64,000 nucleotides of DNA. Source: a virus (Duplodnaviria > Caudoviricetes). Location of the stretch: IMG/VR virus record IMGVR_UViG_2627853746_000004, positions 1 to 64,000 of that record; one strand, given 5' to 3'. The translations under genes and the position numbers were made by a program. How positions within the stretch are numbered: position 1 is the stretch's first letter; each line of letters starts with the position of its first letter. The notes below the pieces were generated by a model that was not told the origin of the DNA, searched no databases, and worked only from the letters and a program-made list of their open reading frames with translations. This document shows, in pieces, positions 9,582 through 19,270 of the stretch.

Positions 9582-10715
9582 TTGCTCATTGATATCAGCA
9601 AGATCAAAGTAACGGATCGTATCCGGCAAGACTTTTCAGGCATCGAAGAACTGGCCCAGGACATTGCAGAGAACGGTTTAATCAATCCCATTGTCGTAAC
9701 ATCAGATTATCAATTAATTGCCGGAGAACGGCGGTTGAGAGCGCATCAGCACCTGGGGAGACAAGAGGTGGCAGTGAACGTAATGGATGTGCGTGATTAT
9801 GCCCATCATTTACAACTGGAAATCAGCGAGAATGAGCATCGTCGGGATTTTACTTTTTCGGAGCGAATCGCTTACGGGAAAAAGATTGAAGAGTTAGAAC
9901 GGATCAAGGCCAAGGAACGAATGACTGCACCCGATAAGGAAAATTTGCCTGAGGGAGAAAAAGGCCAAGTCAGGGATATTGTCGCTGAACAAGCCGGATT
10001 TGGCAGTGGCCGTAATTACGATAAGGCAAAATTCATTGCTGAACATGCTACGGCTGAAATCATCCAAGAGCTTGATGCCGGAATTATTAGCACTCATAAA
10101 GCTTTTACCCAAACTAAAGAACGTATGGAAGCAGCTGAAAAGGCTGCTGCGGAAGCAAATGCTCGGGCTGAGGCCGCAGAGAAGGAGAAAGAGAACCTTA
10201 GAAAGCAATACAAGGACTCTATACCTGCTGATCAACTCGAAGAGGCGGTTAACGCCGCCATAGAGCGACAGCAAGAAGAGAATGAGGTATTTATTGCCCA
10301 GAAGGAAAAAGAAGCTCAGGCGGCGCTTAAAGCGCATGACGCTAAGTGGAAAAAGGATATTGAAGCAGAGTCTCAGAAAGTTCGGGATCTTAATGCTGGT
10401 TATAAAAAAATTCAAGAGGAACTGGAGACTTTGAAACTCCAGCAGCCGGAAGATCTAGACGATCAGCAGCGCGCGGCTCAATTAAAGAAATTGCGATATG
10501 AGGCTGATTCAAACACAGTTCAGTTAAGCATCCATGTAAAGCAGTTTCTCCAGAAGGCAGCTGTAACCACTCTTAACCTTGGGTCCGTAGCTTCGGCTTC
10601 AAGTAGTGAAAAGAAACGCTTTAACGAAAGCCTGGATATGCTACAAACATTTATCGATCAAATGCGGCCGGCTGTAAACGGCAGAAGGGTGGTAGAGGCA
10701 GATGTCATTAATTAA
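9582..10715 (+). CDS. ParB-like protein (CTPase domain, HTH, coiled coil)
   Basis: GLINPIVV, IAGERRLRA (GxxRxxA), ISENEHR and HTH VRDIVAEQAGFGSGRNY. Confidence 0.88.
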   Translation: MLIDISKIKVTDRIRQDFSGIEELAQDIAENGLINPIVVTSDYQLIAGERRLRAHQHLGRQEVAVNVMDVRDYAHHLQLEISENEHRRDFTFSERIAYGKKIEELERIKAKERMTAPDKENLPEGEKGQVRDIVAEQAGFGSGRNYDKAKFIAEHATAEIIQELDAGIISTHKAFTQTKERMEAAEKAAAEANARAEAAEKEKENLRKQYKDSIPADQLEEAVNAAIERQQEENEVFIAQKEKEAQAALKAHDAKWKKDIEAESQKVRDLNAGYKKIQEELETLKLQQPEDLDDQQRAAQLKKLRYEADSNTVQLSIHVKQFLQKAAVTTLNLGSVASASSSEKKRFNESLDMLQTFIDQMRPAVNGRRVVEADVIN

Positions 10716-11145
10716 TCAAGGTAATACATTGGCTATGCTGGAAAACCAGTTGAAGCAATCTGAAGCGCAAGGCGCTGCGGTACGGATGATGTTTGAAGAA
10801 ATGAAGCAAATGCATGAGAATATCCAGGAAATGAAACTGGATGTAAGTGAAAAGTTTGAAGAATGCCAGATCATGGTTCAGGAGGTTCGCGACAGCGTCA
10901 CGCTCATTGACGCTGAATGTGATCGGATGCAGGATGCTGTGCGAATAAAGTCAAACGAACTCACAAAGCACCGGTACAACGATTCTGATCTGAAGTTCAA
11001 AGAAATGGTCGGAAAGTATCGCCGACAGATCTGGAGCAAATTGAAGGATCAATTCAGCGTTGCAAAATATAGCCACATTCGCCGGATCGATTTTGACGAT
11101 GCTATTGATTTTGTCAGTAAGTTCTGCCCTGAGGACTATATATGA
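10702..11145 (+). CDS. ORF6C-domain protein
   Basis: IWSKLKDQFSVAKYSHIRRIDFDDAIDFV C-terminus. Confidence 0.8.
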   Translation: MSLINQGNTLAMLENQLKQSEAQGAAVRMMFEEMKQMHENIQEMKLDVSEKFEECQIMVQEVRDSVTLIDAECDRMQDAVRIKSNELTKHRYNDSDLKFKEMVGKYRRQIWSKLKDQFSVAKYSHIRRIDFDDAIDFVSKFCPEDYI

Positions 11146-11336
11146 GCCTTGAACGACTCATGGCACGCATAGAGGCACGCCGCAGGTTGAATGCATTACT
11201 TATATTCAGGTCCAGCGAATCGCTCACGGAGGCGGCAGTAGGCTTGATAGAATGGGAAATAACCGAAATAGAGGACTTTCTGCGGAGCAAAGCAGTGAAC
11301 ACAAAAATGACCACGTTGAGGGACGCGGCCATTTAA
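11142..11336 (+). CDS. Hypothetical protein
   Basis: ATGA overlap with the upstream gene. Confidence 0.55.
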   Translation: MSLERLMARIEARRRLNALLIFRSSESLTEAAVGLIEWEITEIEDFLRSKAVNTKMTTLRDAAI

Positions 11337-11416
11337 AAAGCTTTAATTAATTTTCAAGGTTATCGTATCACAGCCTTTTTACGCGGTCAACCGGTTCGGC
11401 AGGAGAGGTGAGGTGA

Positions 11417-12481
11417 TTGGCGAACCCGCAACCAGAGGACGGATATGTCAAATTAGCCAATGAAATATGGAATGAGATTATTCGCCGTGACTTTTCAAAG
11501 CGCCAGAAGGATATCATTCTCTTTATCTGGCGCTTATCATACGGCTGTCGAAAAAAGACGGCTATAATTCCCATGCTCAAGGATTTTGAAATGTGCGGAG
11601 TAGGTTATCAAAATATCCGAAAAGAGTTAGAGCATCTGTCCAGTAGCAAGGTAATAACTTGGACGAAAAATACGAACGTGTTTTCTGTAAATAAAGACTA
11701 TGAACAATGGCAGATCACTCCGGTTAAGGGATGGAGTGAAGAAAGGTTCAAGGAATTGATAAGTGTAAATCTGGTCGAAAGAAGGGCTACTAATTCTCAA
11801 AACGAGAAGCCGAAGAGAGAACGGAGTACCGGAAAACTGCTGTATACTTCTCAAAACAAGAAGTTTCTACTTCTTAAAACAAGAAGTGGCGGCTTCTCAA
11901 AACAAGAAGTCCAAGTTGCCTCAAACCCTTGCGGCTGTAAGGCGAAACGTTTCCCTAAAGACATTATTAAAAACAATATTAAAGACAGTAGTAATAGTTG
12001 TTGTTTAAAGGAGGACTCAATTATGAATCAAGGATCTCAAAACGAAATCAAGCCAGATAGCCAGGATACCGTTCCTGCCGGGGATGCCGACTCCAACCGG
12101 AAAGCTGCTGAACTAGATTATCGCAAACAAGTCGCTGACCTTTACCTTAAGCGCAGAGCCAAGGGATTTGATCTTACGGCTAATGACGAGTCGTTTTTAG
12201 AACAACTCATCGCAGACGGAGTGCCGATCTCTGTTGCCGTTGACGGCATTAATCTTTCTTTTGACAAGTTTAATCCTAAGCATAAACGAGACGAGATCAA
12301 AAGCCTCAAATACTGCGAAGGACGCATTTATAACCTATTGTCCGGGCAAGTAGAAAAAACAGACGAACAGAATATTAAGACAGTTACAGAGTCCGGAACT
12401 TTGGCTGAACCGGATTACGATCAAGAAGAATATCAAAAAAAGCTTGAGCGGTTGAAAGCCAAGCGCGAGGCTGTGGTGTGA
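11417..12481 (+). CDS. Lambda O-like replication initiator
   Basis: ANPQPEDGYVKLANE...FSKRQ..I...IWRLSYG...VNKDYEQW. Confidence 0.9.
   Translation: MANPQPEDGYVKLANEIWNEIIRRDFSKRQKDIILFIWRLSYGCRKKTAIIPMLKDFEMCGVGYQNIRKELEHLSSSKVITWTKNTNVFSVNKDYEQWQITPVKGWSEERFKELISVNLVERRATNSQNEKPKRERSTGKLLYTSQNKKFLLLKTRSGGFSKQEVQVASNPCGCKAKRFPKDIIKNNIKDSSNSCCLKEDSIMNQGSQNEIKPDSQDTVPAGDADSNRKAAELDYRKQVADLYLKRRAKGFDLTANDESFLEQLIADGVPISVAVDGINLSFDKFNPKHKRDEIKSLKYCEGRIYNLLSGQVEKTDEQNIKTVTESGTLAEPDYDQEEYQKKLERLKAKREAVV
11794..11910 (+). repeat. Iterons, putative phage replication origin
   Basis: CTTCT(C/T)AAAACAAGAAGT core at 11846, 11869 and 11892 (23-bp period), variant at 11794. Confidence 0.85.
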
Positions 12482-13462
12482 TTGGAAAATTTAGGGGATG
12501 AACTGAAAAAACTTATACCTAAGGGATTTGCCGAGCGAAAGGTGGCAGTTATAAAACGCTTGGAAGAACACCCTGAAACGAAAAGGATTAAGGAAACATT
12601 TCCTGACCGAGTAGACAAATTAACGCACCCAACAAATTATGGATCATTGTCAAGGCATCTTGCTAGTTTCGATAATTGCAGGGGCTGCAAAGAATTAGTT
12701 GGTTGCCAGAACGATCACAAAGGTCACTGCAGCGTTGTGGAGGAAAATCCAGATGACGACAAGGGATTAATCTATAGGCTCCAAAAATGTCCTTTGCTTC
12801 TCTCTCATGAGAAACGGCGAAGGGTGATGGAAAAGATTAAGAGTCACTTTATCCCTGAGCATGTCGTGAATGCGACTTTTGAGAGCATTGATCTTGACTC
12901 GCATAGATCTGCTGCAATCATAAAAGCCATGGACTTATGCGAGAACTTCGAAGTAGGGAAGAGCAAAAAGGGACTTTATTTATACGGTCAAATGGGTGTG
13001 GGTAAAAGCCTAATCGCTGGCGCAGTTGCACAGGAGTTAGCCTCCCAAGGAATAGACGTTGCTATGGTCTATGTACCGGACTTTATGGCCGAGGCAAAGG
13101 ACGCGATTAGTTCTAAGACGGAAACTGTTCTGTCAAAGCTAGAGGCATTACAGAACGTGACTGTGCTCATCTTGGATGATATCGGCGCGGAAGCCTTAAC
13201 CATTTGGACAAGGGACGAAATACTCGGACCAATCCTCCAGCGTCGCATGGAAAGATTAGTTACAATCTACACATCCAATTTAACCATGAAGGAATTAAAG
13301 CAGCATTTATTAAACGTCAAGGATGTTGCTAAGGTTATGGACCCGCGTCAAAACGAAAAGAAGGTTGAGCGTATATTTGAACGGATCGAACCTTTTGTTG
13401 AAGTGCTGCATGTTGGCGGACGTAATCGCCGTAGAGACAATTCTCATAACACAGGAGGATAG
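12482..13462 (+). CDS. dnaI: DnaI-type helicase loader ATPase
   Basis: Cys/His Zn region, GLYLYGQMGVGKS, LILDDIGAE, RDEILGPILQRRM. Confidence 0.9.
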   Translation: MENLGDELKKLIPKGFAERKVAVIKRLEEHPETKRIKETFPDRVDKLTHPTNYGSLSRHLASFDNCRGCKELVGCQNDHKGHCSVVEENPDDDKGLIYRLQKCPLLLSHEKRRRVMEKIKSHFIPEHVVNATFESIDLDSHRSAAIIKAMDLCENFEVGKSKKGLYLYGQMGVGKSLIAGAVAQELASQGIDVAMVYVPDFMAEAKDAISSKTETVLSKLEALQNVTVLILDDIGAEALTIWTRDEILGPILQRRMERLVTIYTSNLTMKELKQHLLNVKDVAKVMDPRQNEKKVERIFERIEPFVEVLHVGGRNRRRDNSHNTGG

Positions 13463-13464
13463 AC

Positions 13465-14568
13465 ATGAAAATATCAATTGATAAACATATTTTAGCTAAT
13501 CCGATAGAACAGGCTACGAAATTTATATCATCCAAAAATATCGTTCCTATTTTGTCGGAAGTGTTAATCCAAGCGACACCGGAAGGTCTTTTCATTACAG
13601 GTGGTGATGGGGTGCAATTCCTCCAAACGAAAATTGCGGATGATGATTATCAACTCATTGAACCAGGTACGATCACGATGCCCGGAAAGAGAATAGCTGA
13701 AATTGTGAAAAAGATGAAAGGCGTCATTGATATTGAATCGGAACGTCTGCAGACCAAGATAACAAGCAAAAGTGGAGATTATGATCTTCCTAGCTTAGAT
13801 TTCGAGGAATATCCGGAGTTTATCAACGAACAACCTGGACCTACTGTTGAAATTGAAGGAGAAACCCTCATCCGGTTGGTGGAAGAAACAGAGTATGCTG
13901 CTTCCACTGAAGAGGCCACCCCTATCCTAATGGGCCTGAGATTTAAATTTCACGAAGACACAATCACTGTAACCGGAACGAATCGGCATAAGCTTTCATC
14001 ATCTGTTCGAACCATAGAAAACTTGCAGGACATGCAGGTTGTAGTTGGAGCAAAAACTATGAAAGAACTAACGAAAATAATCGAACCCAAAGAACGCATT
14101 TCAATCCGTCTTGTTGATTCCAAATTAATCGTGAACACTTCGAAATTTGTTTTTTATTCACGAGTGTTAGAGGGAGCTTACCCAGATGTGGATAGATTGA
14201 TTCCTAACAATATTCTATCTGAGGTTAAGGTGGAGAGAGAACAGCTTTTAGATGCATTAGAGGCTGTTTGGATTATCGCGGAAGTGGACAAAACCAAGAT
14301 GGTGAGAATGGCAGTAGGGAAAATGCTTGAACTTAAAGCAAATGTGTCGGGCGTTGGTAAAGCCAATCGACTTATCGACATTCTGGAAATTCAAGGAGAA
14401 TCCTTCGCAACTGCATTCAACTGCAAATATGTCTTGGAAGCAGTGAAGTCTATTAATACAAATGAAATATCAATTACTTTTACAGGAAAGTTGTCTCCCA
14501 TCGTGTTTAGAGGAACAGATGATGAACGTAATTATCGTATTGTATTACCTTACCGGACGGAGGTATAG
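13465..14568 (+). CDS. dnaN: Phage-encoded DNA polymerase III beta sliding clamp
   Basis: 367 aa; PILS, EEYP, TPILMG, TNRHKL, SRVLEGAYPD, FNCKY and LPYR motifs. Confidence 0.92.
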   Translation: MKISIDKHILANPIEQATKFISSKNIVPILSEVLIQATPEGLFITGGDGVQFLQTKIADDDYQLIEPGTITMPGKRIAEIVKKMKGVIDIESERLQTKITSKSGDYDLPSLDFEEYPEFINEQPGPTVEIEGETLIRLVEETEYAASTEEATPILMGLRFKFHEDTITVTGTNRHKLSSSVRTIENLQDMQVVVGAKTMKELTKIIEPKERISIRLVDSKLIVNTSKFVFYSRVLEGAYPDVDRLIPNNILSEVKVEREQLLDALEAVWIIAEVDKTKMVRMAVGKMLELKANVSGVGKANRLIDILEIQGESFATAFNCKYVLEAVKSINTNEISITFTGKLSPIVFRGTDDERNYRIVLPYRTEV

Positions 14569-14570
14569 GA

Positions 14571-15116
14571 ATGAATAACGGACTAAACTTGAAAGAAATT
14601 TCAAAACAGATAAAAGCATCCGGTAAGAGTGGAAGTTTGATCTGGTCACGGGAAGAGAAACAACATTTCATTACGAACCGACACTTCTTGTTGAGAGTAG
14701 AAGAAGTACCATCCGAAGTCTTAATAGCGCTTTTCTCTATCTTTTTAAAAATACCTGAGAAGGGAGAAACATTAACTTGCTTTGCCGGACAGATCCAGGA
14801 TACCGAAAAACAAAAGCCTATTAGCTTCGAGAAGATTTATATCCCAGAAAAACAGAATGAACAGGGCGAAGTCGCCCCGTTTATCAAGGATCTCGGAAAT
14901 AAACTTCAAGCTAGAGTCATTCAGTTCCCTGATCATTTCGCTTATGTAAATGAACAGTATATGAAAATGACCAATGATACGGAACCAGTGTCAACTAACG
15001 GTCCTATGACGCCGATCTACTTTGCTGATCGAAATCTCATATTACTTCCCTATAGGGTTCATGAGACGAAAGATGTTGCAACGCTATCGGTTCTGATCGG
15101 AGATAAGCATGTGTGA
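14571..15116 (+). CDS. Hypothetical protein with partial beta-clamp-like motifs
   Basis: ITNRHFL and YVNEQY...GPMTPIYF...LILLPYR echo the adjacent DnaN. Confidence 0.55.
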   Translation: MNNGLNLKEISKQIKASGKSGSLIWSREEKQHFITNRHFLLRVEEVPSEVLIALFSIFLKIPEKGETLTCFAGQIQDTEKQKPISFEKIYIPEKQNEQGEVAPFIKDLGNKLQARVIQFPDHFAYVNEQYMKMTNDTEPVSTNGPMTPIYFADRNLILLPYRVHETKDVATLSVLIGDKHV

Positions 15117-15345
15117 TAACCATGAGAAAGGAAGAGTAAACATGAAGGGTATGCCTAATCAAGAATCCATAATGCTCTTAAATCAAGATGTTGAAAGATA
15201 TCTGGACGAGCACGATAAGAGTGAATTGTCCCGGATAGTATGGAAAATGGAGCAGTTGAAGGCTGCTGATAATGATCCGAATCAACTGCAGCTGGTGCTT
15301 AACGAGAATGTATTGACCACACCGAAACCCGAGGTGATCAAGTGA
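15109..15345 (+). CDS. Hypothetical protein
   Basis: Overlaps both flanking genes. Confidence 0.55.
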   Translation: MCDNHEKGRVNMKGMPNQESIMLLNQDVERYLDEHDKSELSRIVWKMEQLKAADNDPNQLQLVLNENVLTTPKPEVIK

Positions 15346-17264
15346 AGACAGAATATACAGCAGCGTACTTATTCGGAGGTATCGGTGGGGGAGCGCTCGG
15401 GTTCAAGGGGGCCAGAGCTGAGTACATGAACAAAGTCGCTCACTTCCGCAGCCTATGCAGCATCGATTCCGATCCCATAGTTTGCCGAAATTACGAACAG
15501 ATTACAGGAGGCAGGGCTGTTCAAATGGATTTGTTCAATCGACAGCAATATCTTGATTTCCACGGAGTAGATGAGCCTCCAACAGTTTGGCATGAGGCGG
15601 AAGCTTGGGATATCTGGAAAGCTTTTGGCGAAGAAGTTCCGGATGTTATTTTCACTTCACCACCTTGTAAAGGGTTCAGTGGTTTGCTCCCGGAGAAGTC
15701 AGCCAGCAGCAAAAAGTATCAGGCGCTGAATCTCTTAACAATTCGAGGAATCGATCTCTCCTTGCGGGCCTGCCGGGATTACGGCGGCGAACTTCCTGCG
15801 CTGTTCTTACTTGAAAATGTTCCGCGCATTATGACGAGAGGGAAGCACATCCTCAAAAAGATCAAGGACACTCTCATCAAATACGGATATGCGGTCAATG
15901 ATGAAACTCACGACTGCGGAGAAATCGGCGGATTAGGGCAACATCGCAAGCGGTACTTGCTTATAGCCAGAAATGAGAAGCGCATGCCGGCCTTTGTGTA
16001 TAAGCCAGAGGTTAAGCCTTTGAAAACTATCGGTGATGTAATAGGACACCTGCCGATGCCTGGGGATGAAGTAAACGGAGGACCAATGAATCGCCTCCCA
16101 ATGCTTCAGCGGAAGACATGGGAACGGTTAGCCTTTATCCCGGCTGGTGGTGATTGGCGAGATCTTGAAGGCATTGAGTTTGAAAAGTACAGGCTCGAAC
16201 ACGAACCCCGTGCCGGAGCATGGGCAGTTGATGAATGGGATAAGCCAGGGAGAACAGTAACGGGCGGCGCGGGTGTTGGTAGGAGTAACGGCCTGTCGGC
16301 GGTAAACGACCCAAGAACGGGCTTCAAGAACGGCACGCACCCAACTATATACCGTGTGTCAAAATATGATGAGGTGAGCCCGACAGTAACCGGCGCAGCG
16401 CGTCCCAACAATGGAGCACTATCTGTAGGTGATCCAAGGCTCAACGATCGAGAGGGAAGGCATCCCGGAGTTTATCGGATTGTGCGATGCGATGAACCAG
16501 CCCCTTGCGTAACAGGAACAAGATTTGGTAGTGGAGCATTAGCTATTGCCGATCCTCGTACCCCTGGGGATCACTACGATGGTGATTACAACAGAGTGGA
16601 TGGGTATGGAGTGCAGGACTGGGATAAGACCTCAAAGACGGTCAGAGGCGCAGCCAGGATAATGAATTCTGCTTCATCTGTAGCAGACCCGAGGCTGAAT
16701 ACAAGGAGTCAACGCTATCCCGGAACATTCCGAGTGGAAGACTGGGATGAAGCAGCAAATACAGTCCTTGGGCAGACAGACGTTCAATGCGGCGCTGCAT
16801 CGATTAATGATCCGAGACTGGGATGCAAGCCGAGATCAGGATCTTATGGTGTACAAAAGTGGGATGAAACGGGCACTACAGTAACAGGTTCTGGAGACGT
16901 GCATTCCGGTAATGCAGCTATTGCAGATCCGCGAATACCGGAATATAACGAGCGTTGTGTAATGATGATCATTTCTGTGGATGGGACTTGGCACAGGCCG
17001 TTTACAACGTATGAGTTGGCGGTCGGTCTGCAAGGGTTTCCGAAATACTTGCTTGACGGTAGGCCGTTTCAGATTGACGGTTGCAGCGATGCTAAGGCAA
17101 GAGAGTATGTGGGCAATGCCGTTCCCCCGGATGCTGCAGAGGGGATGGCAAATGTAATCCTCATGGCAATGGTAATGTCAGAGCATGGCGTGAGTTTTGA
17201 GATGAGTTGGAATCTAGTGTGGGTACAACCTGAACTGAAACAAGAAATTGCACTTATTCACTGA
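15342..17264 (+). CDS. C5 cytosine DNA methyltransferase with six internal repeats
   Basis: LFGGIGG (I), SPPCKGFS (IV), ENV (VI), QHRKR (VIII), GNAVPP (X). Confidence 0.92.
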   Translation: MKTEYTAAYLFGGIGGGALGFKGARAEYMNKVAHFRSLCSIDSDPIVCRNYEQITGGRAVQMDLFNRQQYLDFHGVDEPPTVWHEAEAWDIWKAFGEEVPDVIFTSPPCKGFSGLLPEKSASSKKYQALNLLTIRGIDLSLRACRDYGGELPALFLLENVPRIMTRGKHILKKIKDTLIKYGYAVNDETHDCGEIGGLGQHRKRYLLIARNEKRMPAFVYKPEVKPLKTIGDVIGHLPMPGDEVNGGPMNRLPMLQRKTWERLAFIPAGGDWRDLEGIEFEKYRLEHEPRAGAWAVDEWDKPGRTVTGGAGVGRSNGLSAVNDPRTGFKNGTHPTIYRVSKYDEVSPTVTGAARPNNGALSVGDPRLNDREGRHPGVYRIVRCDEPAPCVTGTRFGSGALAIADPRTPGDHYDGDYNRVDGYGVQDWDKTSKTVRGAARIMNSASSVADPRLNTRSQRYPGTFRVEDWDEAANTVLGQTDVQCGAASINDPRLGCKPRSGSYGVQKWDETGTTVTGSGDVHSGNAAIADPRIPEYNERCVMMIISVDGTWHRPFTTYELAVGLQGFPKYLLDGRPFQIDGCSDAKAREYVGNAVPPDAAEGMANVILMAMVMSEHGVSFEMSWNLVWVQPELKQEIALIH

Positions 17265-17290
17265 TCAGTAAAAAAAGGAGCATAGAGGAT

Positions 17291-17506
17291 TTATTCCTCT
17301 TGCTCCTTATCAAACAAATCTTCAATTGATACTCCCAAAGCTTCTGATATAGAGAATAAATGACTTGCCTCGTGTCTTGAGTTCTTATCAAACCGGCTCA
17401 GTGATCCTTGAGGAACGCCGGATTTTTCAGACAGTTGCATTTGAGTCATATCACGTTCTTTTAGCAGCTCATTTAGTTTAGGGCGTACTTTCTTCAAATA
17501 TATCAC
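17291..17506 (-). CDS. Cro/C1-type HTH regulator
   Basis: MTQMQLSEKSGVPQGSLSRF...ALGVSIEDLF. Confidence 0.85.
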   Translation of the reverse strand: MIYLKKVRPKLNELLKERDMTQMQLSEKSGVPQGSLSRFDKNSRHEASHLFSISEALGVSIEDLFDKEQEE

Positions 17507-17519
17507 CTCTTATAGCGAG

Positions 17520-17620
17520 TATACGATAACGAATATTTTTCCGCAAGATCCATTGACCTATTATTCGATATCGTATATTATTGAGTTACAGACAAATATA
17601 CGAAATGCGATAACGAATAA
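17520..17620. promoter_or_regulatory. Operator repeats and sigma-A promoter between divergent genes
   Basis: TATACGATAACGAATA (17520), inverted copy (17562), copy at 17605; TTGACC-N17-TATTAT (17553-17581). Confidence 0.65.
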
Positions 17621-17664
17621 AATTCATGAGGAAAATTTTCCTTAGGTGCAGGGGAGTGAATGCT

Positions 17665-17838
17665 TTGACTAAAAAGAAACTTGATTTATCGGAACTTGAC
17701 GATCAGCCGCAGGAAATCAGAGAAGCAATTGCATTTTATGCTGCTCACACCGTCTTACCAATTCATTTCACCGCAGCTGAGCGCGAACGGCATTATCAAA
17801 CGCTGGAACAGGCTGGCTATTTGGAGGGAATTTATTGA
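17665..17838 (+). CDS. Small hypothetical protein
   Basis: GGGGAG RBS, TTG start. Confidence 0.55.
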   Translation: MTKKKLDLSELDDQPQEIREAIAFYAAHTVLPIHFTAAERERHYQTLEQAGYLEGIY

Positions 17839-17910
17839 AACCGTAGTAACAGCGCGGCGGAACAACATTGTTATAGCCCTAAAATAGAAATATAGGAGGT
17901 GTAAAAGAGC

Positions 17911-18588
17911 ATGGGAGAGCATCAGACATTTTGGAAACCGGTCAAGGAAGTTAAGGAGAAAAAGACCTATAGCAGTCTGGGGTCAAGTAAATCCAAGGCT
18001 AAGAAGGAAGTTCCAGAATGGAAGAAGGATCTCCTTGCTCATCACAAATCAGGACAGAGTTCGAAAGATCGGTGTGATTTTACAGATGAAGTAGTTGCTG
18101 AGCTCATTGCTGAACAAGGTGAAATATGCCCGTGCTGTAAGCTTGCGGCATCAAATACTACACACCATGTCTGGCCTAGAGGCCGGAAGGGCCGGGGAGT
18201 CAAGACAAACGGCCTCAGAGTTTGCTGGCCTTGCCACGATAAGATCCAAACGACCGATGAACTCCTTCAATATTGGATTTCAGTATACCGTGAGAAATAT
18301 GGAGATCATTTTTACTTTGACGAAAAAGACTGGGAAGAATTCAACCACAAGCAAAACGCCCAGCAACAGAAAGAACGCGAGAAACAGGAACGGCATAACC
18401 AGATTAAACCAGTTGTTGATTTGCTCTCAGCAGCAGCCGGACGAAATCTCAAAGCAACTGAAATACGCTTACTGCAGTCTTTCGAGGATAAGGATATGGC
18501 GATATTCGCCAGTATGATGGCTGATGCATTGGGAAGAGCGGCAGAGCCAGCGCCGGTCTATAGTTACGGTGAACGGTTCGAAGATTAA
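17911..18588 (+). CDS. HNH endonuclease-domain protein
   Basis: CPCC...THHVWPR...NGLRVCWPCH. Confidence 0.8.
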   Translation: MGEHQTFWKPVKEVKEKKTYSSLGSSKSKAKKEVPEWKKDLLAHHKSGQSSKDRCDFTDEVVAELIAEQGEICPCCKLAASNTTHHVWPRGRKGRGVKTNGLRVCWPCHDKIQTTDELLQYWISVYREKYGDHFYFDEKDWEEFNHKQNAQQQKEREKQERHNQIKPVVDLLSAAAGRNLKATEIRLLQSFEDKDMAIFASMMADALGRAAEPAPVYSYGERFED

Positions 18589-18602
18589 GGAGGTACAGAA
18601 CT

Positions 18603-19196
18603 TTGAAGAAGCTTCCAACAAAACGAATAAGGGATAGCCATCCTCAGCTCGGTACAAAAGAGGAGTGCTACCAGAATCACTATAAGATGGTTCATGAGGT
18701 TGCGAAGAAATTCGGACACTTGAGATTCCAAGGCATTGATCCGGACGATTTAGTCAGCGAGGGAACCATTGGACTATTGATGGCTTATGACAGATTCGAC
18801 CCCGGCAAAACATCGGCTAAGAAGTTTTCAACGTTTGCCTATCCATATATTAATGGTTTTATCCTTAGGTACTTGGAGACCAGGGCACAATTAATTCACA
18901 TCCCATTTCATTCAGGCTTGCAACCCAAATCAATCACAAGGTTAGATCGAATGATCAAATTCAAGGATGGAACTGAGCTAGGATTGGCGGAAACAATCGC
19001 AGATGAAGAAGATGATACGGAGTTTGCGGTTAATCAGTTCATTTGTGCTCTGACTCCGGTGGAGCAAGAGACTGTAAGAATGATGATGGATGGTTACTTA
19101 CATCGTGAGATCGGAAAAGCGGTAGGAGTATCAGCGAACACCATAGGCCAATACAAAAATAGAATTGCACAGAAGTACACTCAGATTGCACAGTAA
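18603..19196 (+). CDS. Sigma-70 family sigma factor (SigF/G-like region 2)
   Basis: DLVSEGTIGLLMAYDRFDP...KFSTFAYPYING; region 4 HTH REIGKAVGVS. Confidence 0.88.
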   Translation: MKKLPTKRIRDSHPQLGTKEECYQNHYKMVHEVAKKFGHLRFQGIDPDDLVSEGTIGLLMAYDRFDPGKTSAKKFSTFAYPYINGFILRYLETRAQLIHIPFHSGLQPKSITRLDRMIKFKDGTELGLAETIADEEDDTEFAVNQFICALTPVEQETVRMMMDGYLHREIGKAVGVSANTIGQYKNRIAQKYTQIAQ

Positions 19197-19270
19197 TAAA
19201 TTAATTAATTCATATAACAACGAACAAAAGTTAATTAGGGCATAGCCCCTATAAGGAGAGAACGAACAGT

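Noticed and set aside
11794-11910. CRISPR-like repeats
   Set aside because: Spacers are only about 4 bp and the repeats lie inside the initiator gene; these are iterons. No cas genes seen.
19221-19234. SOS box CGAACAAAAGTTAA
   Set aside because: Right half deviates from GTTC and no clear promoter overlaps it.
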